In this document: positions 21,434 through 32,700 of the stretch, one piece after another
Position numbering within the stretch: the first letter of the stretch is position 1
Layout of the letters: the number at the start of each line of letters is the position of its first letter
Source of the DNA: Blepharisma stoltei ATCC 30299
Taxonomy: Eukaryota > Protista > Ciliophora
Assembly: GCA_965603825.1 (NCBI GenBank)
Contig: CBFDEM010000028.1
Location: forward strand, 620,001-684,000
Reading direction: 5' to 3'
DNA: 64,000 nucleotides
Position numbers and translations under genes: made by a program
Notes under the pieces: generated by a model
Told to the model about the DNA's origin: nothing
Databases searched by the model: none
Seen by the model: only the letters and a program-made list of their open reading frames with translations

Positions 21434-23236
21434 ATGGAATCATTGCTTGAGTGCATTATTTGTAAAGAGCCGTATAACCAAAGTAACCGAGCGCCCATAA
21501 TTTTGACATGTGGACATACTTTTTGCAAATCCTGTGTTCATAAAATGTCACAGCATAGTCAATATATTCGATGTCCTATAGATCGAAAATTCGAATCGAG
21601 GGATCTGTCAAGTCTTAACATGAACTATGCAATAGTTCAAATCCAAGAATATGAGAGGACTGGGATATTGGCGAAAGAGCGATGCAAAGCCCATGAATTT
21701 CCTATAGTGATTACATGCAAAACTTGTAATATAGATTGCTGTCCTAAGTGCATCAGAAAGCATTTATCACATGATATGTACGATATGGAGCACCCTACAC
21801 TAATACAAGAGCTCGATAATTCTATGAATGGTTTCGAAATAAAAATAAAAGAGTACCTCGATGCTTCTTTTTCAGCAAAAAATCGGCTTGATAAAGAAAT
21901 TAGCGAGCTTGATCACCAAAAAGTGAAATTAAAAAAAGAAATCGAAGATGCGTTTGAGTCACTGATGAGGATTCTGGAAAATAAAAAAATTCAAAGCATT
22001 CAGCAACTTGACCACAAAATTAAAGAAAAAGAAGATTTTTTAAAGCAGAGGCTTAATGACGTAAATGAGCAGATAAAATACTACTCGATGCACTATGACG
22101 AGTTCCAGCATATGAAAAAGTACTATAAAGAAAGCACTTTTATTGACAGAGTGGTCAGCTGCAGAAATGTTTTGAGAGAACTGAACTTTGTGCAGTTTAT
22201 CAAGCCAAAAGATATTAATGACAATAAATTGAGGATTATTGTGGACACAACTCCGCTGATTGCTCATTCTATTGGGTCCGTTAGTTTCAATGAAAAATCA
22301 TCGTCAGAAATATTAATGGAGCAGCTTAATTTTCAAATTGAAGAATTAAAATCAAATAAATTGATTTACAATAAAACTAACCCAGAACAAAAGCTCAGCT
22401 TAGAAATTCAATCCATCTCAAATTTTTTATGCATGTCCGAAAACATCCCAGAGCTTGCAAAAATGCACCTAATCGAGTGCTGTTGCAATGAAATTTTAGG
22501 CTATTCTTCACTAAAATTAAGTGATCACTTAAAGCAAGAGCTTTCTAAAAAAATAGATACCGAGAGTTTATTTGATACAAAAATTCAAGAATATATCCCA
22601 ACACTCAGAAGTAAACTAAAGTACGTAAAAGGTTTAATATACTCACTAGAAAAAATCCACGAAAAAGAGTGGGAAAAAGGCTTATATGTCTTACATTGTT
22701 TAATTATCAATGAAAATGAGTACGATTTTGCTGAGTTGTATTTGCAGATCGCATTGCTCAGAATATGCTCCCAATCATTTTATATAATAAATCAGTTTAA
22801 AGTGATTGACGCACTTCCTTTAGTAGACCTTATAAAGCGATATACAAAGTTTCATTTTCTCCCCTCTACAATGTGCTATAAACAAGTGATGTCAAGCCTA
22901 AGATTTGCTTATAAATTCGTAGAAAACCAAATGCCGGATTTTTTCTTCCCTTATTTTAAGACCCAATATTCAGCATATTTAACTGAAATGAGTTCTAAAG
23001 CGACCGAAAATATTCCGTCTGAATATCCATCTGAGCTTTTAGCTATTTTTCAAGGCCTTGATAGCTCTGATTTGCATTTTTGGAAAGACTCAGATCTATC
23101 TAAACAATTTTTAAATAAAGTCCATAGGTTCAAAGAAGAATGTTCTCCGTGGTTCCAGGCTTTGAGATTTGTCCAAGAAAGAGGGGAAGAACTTTCAGAT
23201 TTTGAATTGGCAGCTTTAGAAAGATCTCTTAATTAA
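21434..23236 (+). CDS. RING + B-box + coiled-coil (TRIM-like) protein with an unknown helical C-terminus, 600 aa
   Basis: CIIC...CGHTFCKSC...CPIDR (last ligand Asp); B-box CKAH..CKTC..CPKC..H..H; coiled coil. Confidence 0.85.
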   Translation: MESLLECIICKEPYNQSNRAPIILTCGHTFCKSCVHKMSQHSQYIRCPIDRKFESRDLSSLNMNYAIVQIQEYERTGILAKERCKAHEFPIVITCKTCNIDCCPKCIRKHLSHDMYDMEHPTLIQELDNSMNGFEIKIKEYLDASFSAKNRLDKEISELDHQKVKLKKEIEDAFESLMRILENKKIQSIQQLDHKIKEKEDFLKQRLNDVNEQIKYYSMHYDEFQHMKKYYKESTFIDRVVSCRNVLRELNFVQFIKPKDINDNKLRIIVDTTPLIAHSIGSVSFNEKSSSEILMEQLNFQIEELKSNKLIYNKTNPEQKLSLEIQSISNFLCMSENIPELAKMHLIECCCNEILGYSSLKLSDHLKQELSKKIDTESLFDTKIQEYIPTLRSKLKYVKGLIYSLEKIHEKEWEKGLYVLHCLIINENEYDFAELYLQIALLRICSQSFYIINQFKVIDALPLVDLIKRYTKFHFLPSTMCYKQVMSSLRFAYKFVENQMPDFFFPYFKTQYSAYLTEMSSKATENIPSEYPSELLAIFQGLDSSDLHFWKDSDLSKQFLNKVHRFKEECSPWFQALRFVQERGEELSDFELAALERSLN

Positions 23237-23273
23237 TATACATAATTTCAATAATTTTTTAAATTGAAATAAT

Positions 23274-23654
23274 ATGCAAGAAGAATCAAGACAAGGCTTC
23301 AAAAAATCAAGGAGATCACTATCAGGGAGCTTAACTGGGTATTTTTCACCTTTTAACAGATCTACACCTAAAAGTGCGACTGGGAAGCATCCAATTTGGG
23401 AAACAACTCAGGACGAAACTAATGAAGAGCCTTATAAGCGCTTAATTACAAAAAAAAGCTTGAAAGAAGCTTGTGCAGGTTTAGACTTAAAAAACCAGGA
23501 TAATTTAAAGAAAGAAATTGATGCGAATTCTATGAGACATTTTTTCAATTCACCAGTACCTAGTTTTTCAATTGATGAAAGAGAAATCATAAGCGAAATT
23601 GAAAATCTCCTGACAAGAGCTAATGAATTGATGGCAAAATTAGAAAGAGTGTAA
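23274..23654 (+). CDS. Hypothetical protein (126 aa)
   Basis: ATG-TAA ORF with coding-like composition between AT-rich spacers. Confidence 0.6.
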   Translation: MQEESRQGFKKSRRSLSGSLTGYFSPFNRSTPKSATGKHPIWETTQDETNEEPYKRLITKKSLKEACAGLDLKNQDNLKKEIDANSMRHFFNSPVPSFSIDEREIISEIENLLTRANELMAKLERV

Positions 23655-23759
23655 TTATATTTATTAATAGTCAAATTAAGCTGAAATTTCGTATATGATT
23701 TAGAAGATTCTAAAATTTTCATTTATCCATTCTTAAATAGCATAATATACTCTAGCATT

Positions 23760-25396
23760 GTAAATTAAAGATTTCAATTTTTCAGATTATGGGTATGTGT
23801 AAAAGAAATTTATTAAACCTTGCAACGCGGCATATTTTTCTAAAGAACTATCTCAACAGATTAGTAGGTATTACAAAAAGATTTCTTTCAAGTTAAATTT
23901 CCTTTTTCTATTGCATAATTTTTATGCAGGATACGATAATCGATCTTAGTTTAAGGGCTTAATATATGATAGCTGCGATAAAAATAAGATATTTAGCTCA
24001 ACTATAATATAAAGATTCAAATATCAGTCTTAAAGTCATTAAATTTATAGTGAAATATCCTCAAATAGTTGACTTACTCAAATTTTCTTCTTGTGGGAAG
24101 TAATCAAGCTCATTTTCTCTAGTGTTATATGAAATCACGCAGCTTATCAGTTTGAGATCGTCCCTATAAATTTCTAAAATTTATGAGCAAACTTATTTGT
24201 AGTTCTTGATTAACAATTAGTCTTTTCAATATCATACTCTCCTTATTAGAGCAAGCTTTTATAGTTTTCTACATTAGAATGATATCCTTGATTGTAGTTT
24301 TCTAAACTCAAACTCTTTTGCAAAATATTTTATAATCTTTTATGTTAGGACTTTCTAATTTTGAGTTCTCGAAAGTGCAAGACTAACTGCCATTAATTCA
24401 AATAGCCATATGATTAATAATATTTTTCAAATTTAAAACGAAGAGTTCATTAATAGAGAAGTCAAAGTATCTCTGGATTTTTGAAATATCTTAAAGGGTA
24501 TCAGGGATTTTGGTCCATCTTCGCTTTTTTTTCCAATTTAATAGTGTTTAAATCATCATCTCTGGTAGTTTTTTATGCTTGTTTTGAATAATTTTCTTAA
24601 GTAGTATATGATCACCAAGCTTTGAGCAAAACATTGACTTCTTTTAGCAGTTATGGTAAAACAAATTTCAGAGTTTTCTATAAGATAATAAGATTATGAT
24701 CCAAATATTTGCGGAATCCGATATTTTTTTCAGACCTCGATTAACGGGTAGAAAAGAAACATTATTGTCTAAACATTTGAGAATTCCATTGCAAATGCAA
24801 TTACCAAAGAATAGATATCAATTTCATTTTCATATTTTTGGTTCTAGATAATAATGTTAGAATTTGAGTAGCAAAATCTGACAGGAGCTATGCAAAAAGC
24901 TTCCAAAATAAGTGTTTTTAAAGCATTTACAAGTTGATCTTCATTTTCTTCGTTTTCTCTGACTAAGAAACAATCATTTTCTAAATTATTGATAATAAAT
25001 TTTGCATGTCTAAAAGAATTAGTAATTGATTTCAAGCCATTTTTCTTTAAAGCAGCATTCTCGACAATATCTAAGTCATGACAACTTAAGTTATCAAAGT
25101 GCTACCAAAATTTGTAGATATATAGATGCTCATAAAATTGTGCAGTTTTTTAGCTTTTCCACTACTAAGCATTTTCACGTAATTAAATAAATTCTGTAAT
25201 ATTTCGAAAGATCGATACTTAAGACTCCACTTATGGGTTTATTTGTCATTTTTTAATTTCTCAACAATTTTCACACAGAGCTCTATCAGCGTAATATATT
25301 CGAATTCGCAAAATTCTTTGTAGCAGTTTCAAAGTTAGTTGATTGAATTTCTTCCATAAGACTCCTCGCATGCTCTGATATGGCATGATCCGGCAT
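23760..25396 (-). pseudogene. Probable decayed gene
   Basis: ATG at 25396 opens MPDHAISEHARSLMEEIQSTNFETATKNFANSNILRW then TAG. Short protein-like fragments follow (e.g. 24844-25035), broken by TAA/TAG that I could not rescue with 15/16-nt introns. Ends approximate. Confidence 0.4.
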
Positions 25397-25700
25397 TTTA
25401 AATTATTTTGTCAAAAATATCTAGACAGTCAAAATAAGATAATGGAGAAAATTTAAGATATTTTCAGATTTAAATTAATCTGATTGATAGAGACAAATCT
25501 AATGATAAAAGACTCAATAATAAATGGGTTTTAGATTAATAATAATTAGACATATTATAAAGTCTATATATATTACTTAGTCCCTGAATATCTTTAAGTT
25601 AAATTATCCCGTAAATAGTTTTTCTCATATAACTTTACTCATAATTCAATTAATTTCGAATTTTTATAGATAGATAAATAAATTAATTCTAAGATTGATC

Positions 25701-26657
25701 ATGGAAAGCGAGATATGTGAACTTTGCGGAGTCGAAGTGTCAAAAATTTCCATCAGTATTCACAAAACTAGGTGTCAAAAGCTTCGAGATCTTAATGGGC
25801 AACCCTCTTCAGGCCTAATCAAAATTCCTTCTACGAAACCTCAACCTCTTAGCCCTCAAATCTGTTCAGCCTGCAGCCAACCAATGATGCCAAATCATCA
25901 ATGCGAACCCCAACATCTATGTGAATACTGTCAAGATATGTTTTCATCAGCGTCCTTTGCTGAACACATAAGAACATGCGGAAGTCGAACCGAAAAATGC
26001 GAAAGATGCAATCAATACATTTTATTGAGAGATTTCAATAGGCATATAGCAGAAAATAGCTGCAGACCTCCGAGCAATTTAAGATTTCCATCCCTAACAG
26101 ATCTTCCTGCATTTCAGCCTCCAACACAAGCCTTTCCAATTCCAAGAGTCCCTCAACGCCTCCCAAACCAAGGCCAAACCTACCCACTTATAAGCATCCC
26201 TCAAAGTATTCACAGATTTCCACCTAATCTGCCAGACCCCCAGGGTCTTGCTCCTTCTCAGCCTGAAGACAATTCCCAAGAAACTCCTTTAAGACAAGCA
26301 ACTACCTTAAATGGTTATGATATTCGGCTTGAAATCCAAAGAGGACTGCAAGCCAAAAAAGACCATGACGAAAAAATAAAGCAGGAACAATTGATGAAAA
26401 TGAATGAAAAACTTGATATGGTAATGAAAAAACTCAAAGAAATTGAAATAAAGGACAAAGGAATAGAAGAAGAAAAGAAATTGATTGAAGAAGAGAAAAA
26501 AAATAAACAAGTAGAAGACTGTGATGGAAAAGACCAAGAAATGTATGAAACGTATGCGTTTGGGACAATCCCAAGGGCAGAAATCAATGAGTTTGGTGAG
26601 TTTACACAGCCTGAAGATAATGCGTTTGATGATGTTTGGGAAGAATTTGTTGGCTAA
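25701..26657 (+). CDS. TRAF-type zinc-finger protein (XAF1/TRAFD1-like) with Pro-rich middle and coiled coil
   Basis: CEYC....H...CGSRTEKCERCNQYILLRD..RH motif; ATG at 25701. Confidence 0.78.
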   Translation: MESEICELCGVEVSKISISIHKTRCQKLRDLNGQPSSGLIKIPSTKPQPLSPQICSACSQPMMPNHQCEPQHLCEYCQDMFSSASFAEHIRTCGSRTEKCERCNQYILLRDFNRHIAENSCRPPSNLRFPSLTDLPAFQPPTQAFPIPRVPQRLPNQGQTYPLISIPQSIHRFPPNLPDPQGLAPSQPEDNSQETPLRQATTLNGYDIRLEIQRGLQAKKDHDEKIKQEQLMKMNEKLDMVMKKLKEIEIKDKGIEEEKKLIEEEKKNKQVEDCDGKDQEMYETYAFGTIPRAEINEFGEFTQPEDNAFDDVWEEFVG

Positions 26658-29473
26658 TCAAAGGATGTTAATGTTAATGATAATTTATTTGCTGGGGAAA
26701 AATTTCTAGAAATTGTTGTTTTACGCCTTTGGACTACTTTTGGAGTTTGTGGCCGACCAGCTCCATATGAAGATGTCCGGCTTTTGCTGGAAGCTGATGT
26801 GTTTGCAGATGAAAATAAAAAATTTAAATCATTTTCATGACTCATCAGCTGCTTTCTCATGCTTTTTAGTTCTTTTTCAAGCTTGGCTATAATTTCGTCT
26901 TTCTTTAAAGCCTCTTTTTGGAAATTCTGGATTTCGCTTAATTCTGATTCTTTTTGTTTTAGCTGCGCTGACAAAATAGAGCATTTTTCTCTTGACTTGT
27001 CGTAATTTGCTTGCATTGTCTGAGTCATTTTTTGCATTGAGTTTTCAAGGTATTCTATTTTTGACTGGCATTTATTTATGACTGCTCTTTGCCGTTTTAG
27101 GACTTCGCTTTCACATTTTTCAGGCTCTGGGTCTGTTTGAATGAATTTTTCAGTGGTTTTTATTTCAGGGTATTTTAGAGAGTGAATTTCAGAATTTAGT
27201 TCAATAATTTTTGCTTTTAGTTCTGAGTTCTGATAGTTTGCCACTTTTAAGTCACTAAACATATTTTCTATTTCTTTTTTTGAGTGGTTTTCGTGCTCTA
27301 ACAGTTTTATTTCTTTTGAGTGAGACTCAATATTTAACGACTCAAGCAGGTTTCTTAACTCCTCAACTTGAGAGTCATAGGCTGACCTTATCAGATTTTC
27401 ATTCTTTTTATAGAGCTCTTCTTTCATTTCTAGCTCCCTTTTACTATCTTCAAGAATCCTTTTGATTTCTTTGGCATGTATTTCTGATAATTCTTGGATT
27501 ACCTTTTGTGATTCTTTTCCACTAATAAGTGATATTTCTTCAGTTTTCTTTTTAATTATCTCTTCCAGTTCTTTTTTTTCTTCTTTTAGCTTCTCTTTCT
27601 TTTTTCTCATCTTTTCTTTTAGGTTTCTTATAGATTTTTCTTTTTTAATTTCAGCTTCTTTCAATATTTCCTGGCATTTATTTTCGCATTCTATTTCTTT
27701 CGCAACCATTTCTTTTTCCTTGCCTACAATTATACTAAATAATGTATTTTTTTCAGCTTTATAAATATCCTGCAGTTTTTTGATATCATCATTATGCCGT
27801 TGAGCAAGGCTTTCAATTCTTTCTTTGCATTTTTCTTTCAATATTTTAGACTTAGCTTTATAAGCAGATTTAGCTTTGCTTAATTCATGCTGAATCCTTT
27901 CTTCTACTTCTGCTTGAATTGATGTTATTTTTTCAGTAGTTTTCGCAATAATAGACTGATTTTTAAATCTAAATTGTGCCTCGTTTTCTTTCAGCTCACT
28001 ATATTTTTCTTTTAGTTCTAAATATTCGCTTTCAATTGATTTGCATAGCTTTTCTCTATCCTGGCATTTATAATTCAAAGCCGAATTTTCATTTTCTAAG
28101 TTTTCAATTTTCTGCTTTAAAATTGATACTTCTTTGCTTAAACTCACCTTCTGTGAATAATGGAATTTTTCTTCTTGGCTTAATTCTTCAGATTTTTCAG
28201 CCAAGGCTTTATCATACCATTTTCTATAGTCTTCAATTCTTTGTTTAAAATAATTTTTCATATTTTCTTCATTGCTTCTTGCTCTATCTTTAATCTCATT
28301 AATTCGCTCTTCAGTGACTGCTTTGATTTTTTCAATTTCCTCAGAATAATTTTTTGTTAAATTAGATATTTCTAGACTGTGCTCAGTAGTCAATTTGTGA
28401 ACTAAATCTTTTTGCATTTTTTCAGCTTCACGCTGCTCGTCCCTAAATTTTAAGCATAAATCTGTAATTGAGTCTTTAAGCTCAACAATTTTTTTATTTC
28501 CTACAACTAATTCATTAGTCACCTTTTCTTTTAAATTTTTCTCTGTGTCAATTTCTTTCATCCTTTCAGTCAAAACTTTTTGAGCATCGTCAAGCTCTTG
28601 CTTTGTAAATGCCAACCTTTGATTTAAGCTTTGCATTTTACTCATCACTGTCTCAAACTGATGCGATTTTTTCTCAACTTGTGCCTGCCAATGTTTTTCT
28701 CTATACTCACTTGATTTTTTATAATCTTCAAAATCGGCTTTCAGCTTTGCAAGCTCAGCGTTAGACGATTCTATTTTATGCTTTAAATCAAAATTCCTCA
28801 GCCGAAATTCATCATATTTTGTAGTTAACGTGTAATTTTCTTCTTCTAATTTAGATATTTTTACTCTTGACTCATTGAGCAGGGCTCGAATTGCGTCTTT
28901 TTCTTCAGAAATTGCTGCAAATTTTTCTTCATTGAAATTTAGCATTAGCTGCTCATTTGAAATTAATTCTTGAGAGATTATAGGGAATGGGCTGTCTTGG
29001 CTTGCTTCTGCATTTTCAATTTGGTGCTTTTCTTCTTCAAAGGACTTTGAACGGAACACTTCTTCAATGCTGGAAATCGCTAAATTATGTTGAGTAGATT
29101 TTCTAGCAAGATTTTCACTTTTTCTGCTGTTAGCAGCTCCGATTTTGGTTTCAAATTCAGTTATCCTTTTTCGATATTGGTCTTTTTCTGTTTCCAACTT
29201 GTGCTTATAATGGTCTACTTGGAGTTTTAGCTGTTTTTCTCGCTCTTTGGTTTCTGATTTAAAATTTTCGAAACTTTTTTGGAGTGAGTCAACTTCGTCC
29301 TGGTTCGAGCCTTGCTGAGACCCTACAAGATACTCTAAAACAATTAGATTTTGCATAAGTACTTCTATAGAAGACTTTTCTATTTCGTTGCTCCTTGACA
29401 ATAAATCCTGGACAAATTTTTTTATTTTACAAACCTTTGATCTTATACTTCTTTGTGTTTCGCTGTTTTCCAT
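26654..29473 (-). CDS. Long coiled-coil protein (939 aa)
   Basis: Uninterrupted ATG-TAG ORF, E/K-rich heptads. Confidence 0.85.
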   Translation of the reverse strand: MENSETQRSIRSKVCKIKKFVQDLLSRSNEIEKSSIEVLMQNLIVLEYLVGSQQGSNQDEVDSLQKSFENFKSETKEREKQLKLQVDHYKHKLETEKDQYRKRITEFETKIGAANSRKSENLARKSTQHNLAISSIEEVFRSKSFEEEKHQIENAEASQDSPFPIISQELISNEQLMLNFNEEKFAAISEEKDAIRALLNESRVKISKLEEENYTLTTKYDEFRLRNFDLKHKIESSNAELAKLKADFEDYKKSSEYREKHWQAQVEKKSHQFETVMSKMQSLNQRLAFTKQELDDAQKVLTERMKEIDTEKNLKEKVTNELVVGNKKIVELKDSITDLCLKFRDEQREAEKMQKDLVHKLTTEHSLEISNLTKNYSEEIEKIKAVTEERINEIKDRARSNEENMKNYFKQRIEDYRKWYDKALAEKSEELSQEEKFHYSQKVSLSKEVSILKQKIENLENENSALNYKCQDREKLCKSIESEYLELKEKYSELKENEAQFRFKNQSIIAKTTEKITSIQAEVEERIQHELSKAKSAYKAKSKILKEKCKERIESLAQRHNDDIKKLQDIYKAEKNTLFSIIVGKEKEMVAKEIECENKCQEILKEAEIKKEKSIRNLKEKMRKKKEKLKEEKKELEEIIKKKTEEISLISGKESQKVIQELSEIHAKEIKRILEDSKRELEMKEELYKKNENLIRSAYDSQVEELRNLLESLNIESHSKEIKLLEHENHSKKEIENMFSDLKVANYQNSELKAKIIELNSEIHSLKYPEIKTTEKFIQTDPEPEKCESEVLKRQRAVINKCQSKIEYLENSMQKMTQTMQANYDKSREKCSILSAQLKQKESELSEIQNFQKEALKKDEIIAKLEKELKSMRKQLMSHENDLNFLFSSANTSASSKSRTSSYGAGRPQTPKVVQRRKTTISRNFSPANKLSLTLTSFD

Positions 29474-29717
29474 TTAATTTATAATCATTTCCCATGAATA
29501 TTCATTTTAGCTAAAGTTCTGTAGAAATAAATAATTTAAATTATATAGCTATTTATTATGGAGAGTAATTGAGATATATCTAAGATTCTATTGCATAAAA
29601 CTCAAAATTCTTAAAGAGTATGAAGAGAAATATATTTAAGAAACGAATATTAGGTTCTGTGCAAAGTCATATCGTAGCTTAAAAAATTAATATTAATTAA
29701 TTTTTAAGCAAAAGCTT

Positions 29718-32700
29718 TTATCTAATGTTATTTTCGTTTTCTGTGTTTGATGTTCCAATAATCATAATGATTATCGGGAATATCCAAATCAAAAATGCTT
29801 TAAATGCTACCTTGGCAAATGACACCACAAACAAGTTGGTCCCATAGCTCACGCTGGTATTGCAAATTCATAAATAAGTAACGTTCAGTTCAAATTGTAT
29901 TGAAAATAATATGATAGACCAACAGAAATAAAATAGAAGCCCAAATGATATCAAGTAAAACGCAATAAGCTTAAAAAGGTTATTCTTTTTGATGCTTTTA
30001 TACAATGTATCATCAGTTGAAGGCAGTGGAGTAGATTTGGATAAATAATTCAATAAAATCCCTACAAGCAGCATAATACTTGAAGAATAAACCAAAATCC
30101 AGAAGTCTTGAAAAGAGTAATTATTAAAAGCACTTGAAAAATCACCGATAGAATAGTCACTTCCTTTCGGCTTAGATTGGTAAAATAGTCCTATAAAATA
30201 CATATTTCCTAATAAAGTGATCATATAAGATGTCAAACGCGAAAAATGAGTGAAGTTTTCTTTATTTGTAAAAATGGTAACGAAATCATGATTTTTTGCA
30301 ATAAAAATAAGTGCCCTTGTATATCTTTTGAGAGGTTTTTCTTCTTTTACTTGATGCTTGATATCTTTCACATTTATTACATCAGCCGTGTCGAGCTTGA
30401 TTATTGACATATCAAAACTATTTTTTGTTTTTAGAGTAGTGTCAATACTCATTTCTTGGCTTTCTTTTATCCAGGTTGGAGATTCCTCACTTCTTGCAGT
30501 TTCCAATTTTTCATCTCTCGTACCTATTTCTGATTCATCTAAATCGAATTTAATTATTGTGCTCTTACGTTTCATTCTAACCCTTGGATCATCATTTTTC
30601 CGGAGGTCATGCGAATTATTAGGATCAAGCTCAGGAGCGTTTTCTTTCTTTTTTCTTTCAAGACGATCCATATTACATGCAATTGCGCTGAGAACTGCAT
30701 AAATAAACAGAACTGTAATACAAAAATATAAGCCAATTGCATTAGTTGCCCAGTCAATATCATTAAAAGCATCGACGTTGACGGTATCTCCTATATTGCT
30801 CCCGCTAGCAGTTGACCATGCATCAGAGAAAAATGAAGAAAAAATAGTTAAATGGTTGCATGAGCAGATTACGTTGGTAGCGTTGTAGGAATCTAGGACA
30901 CAGCCAGTGGTGTGTCAACGTGTCTCATTGTTTTCTAAATAGGTGCAATAAATGGGATTATCCTTTGTCACTGGGACATCGTAGTTGTGGACGGGAATAT
31001 TTATGGTGTTATAGCTTGTATTGTTTAAGTGTACTTCTTGAAAAGTTATGTTGTTTATCAGTCTGTAAGAAACTAAGGAAAATGATGGTTTTACAGTGAT
31101 ATCCAGTGCAGGATCATATATAGTGATTATAACTCCAATACCTTCATTTTCATTGAAGTAATCCGAAACATTATGGCCTAACGTAACAGAAGCATTTTTT
31201 ATTTGAGATGCATAATTAGATAATTCCGAAGATGTAGTTTTAGATACTTCTGTTGCAAATTTATCTTCAATAAACGTTTTCGACTCTCCAGTAACCATTC
31301 CAGACAATAAAACAGTACTAATTTTCCTAACATTTTCATCAATAGTATTAACGGTATTTGTTTGGTTAATAGCCCCATTGCTATCTAATTGAAAATTATT
31401 ATCGCAAATTCCTGCAAAAACTTGCATTTGGCCGTCATCAATTGTAAGTTTATCATTATTTTTAATCATGAAGTCAGCAATGTCGCTTATTTTATTAATA
31501 TTATCATAGCTGTTTATATTAGGATTCAACGTGGCAACATAAAGCATATAAAAAACAGTGGTATAGGAGTCTTCGTTATATTTGTCCATGGCTTCAACAT
31601 AAAGGTTGACTTTGTCAATAATTGAATCATAAGCACTTTGCATTTGGGAATCTACGTCAGAGTATTCGTTATTAATGATATTATCTCTATTTAATACTAG
31701 CGCTGACAACTCGGATGCAAACCCAGGAACTGCTTGCGGGTTTAAAACTGGCAAATTCATGCGGTAATCGATATATTGGTCAATATTCGGATTTTCGTTA
31801 ATTGTGACATAGGAAATTTTGTTGGTTTTTGAAGCCAAGGAGTCATAGATGTCTACTGAAATTGTAATATTTCCTGGAGAATAGGGGAAGTTTGTGAATA
31901 TTAGAGAGGATAAATTTTTAGCAGAAATTGCTTGATAAGCATCAGAAATGTAGTAGCCGAAAGAGTATTGAAGTGGCAAATTGTTTTCTGGATCTTCCCA
32001 ATTTAGTGCTGCCACTGTGAAAATCGTTGACATTTCTAGGCCTGAGCTGGGGACAACCATAAGTTTTCCATTATTTGGAGGGTTGTTTACATAAAATGTT
32101 CAGGTAAACGAAAACTCATTGTCAACAGAAGCAAGCAAAGTATAGGAGAAGCCTGAAGCCAATGAATTTGGAGGGATGACCAAATAATTAGAGTTCGTAG
32201 GAGTTGAATAAGAAATTTCTGATGAAGAATTTAATGACCAGTCAACTGAAGAGAATGTCCCTTTGATTTCAATTCTGTAAGTTGTATCAGGATTTGCGAT
32301 GTTAGGGATTGAGCTGGATACTTCTACCATATTTACTGGAGGGACTGTCTTATTGATAGCTGTGATGGTTATGCTTTTTTGTGAACTTTTGGCTGTGCTG
32401 ACAGGGTTTGTAGTTATTTTTGTGAAATTTAATGTGAAGTTGTAGACTGCGCCTAGAGTCAAAGTATTTGCTGGAACTATTAAAACAGAAGAGCTAAAAT
32501 CATGAATAAAATCTGAACAACTAGTGGAAGAGCCATGAATTTGGCAGCTTCACTGGTATAAAAAGTTCGAATTATAGTCAGGATCATAAGAATCGCCTGC
32601 ATCGACAACTAAGTTTTGGCTTACGCCTGAATCTCCATCAGTTCGATTAAAAACGATAATAGGGTCTGATGATTGAGTTTCAATTGAAAAACTTGTTTCT

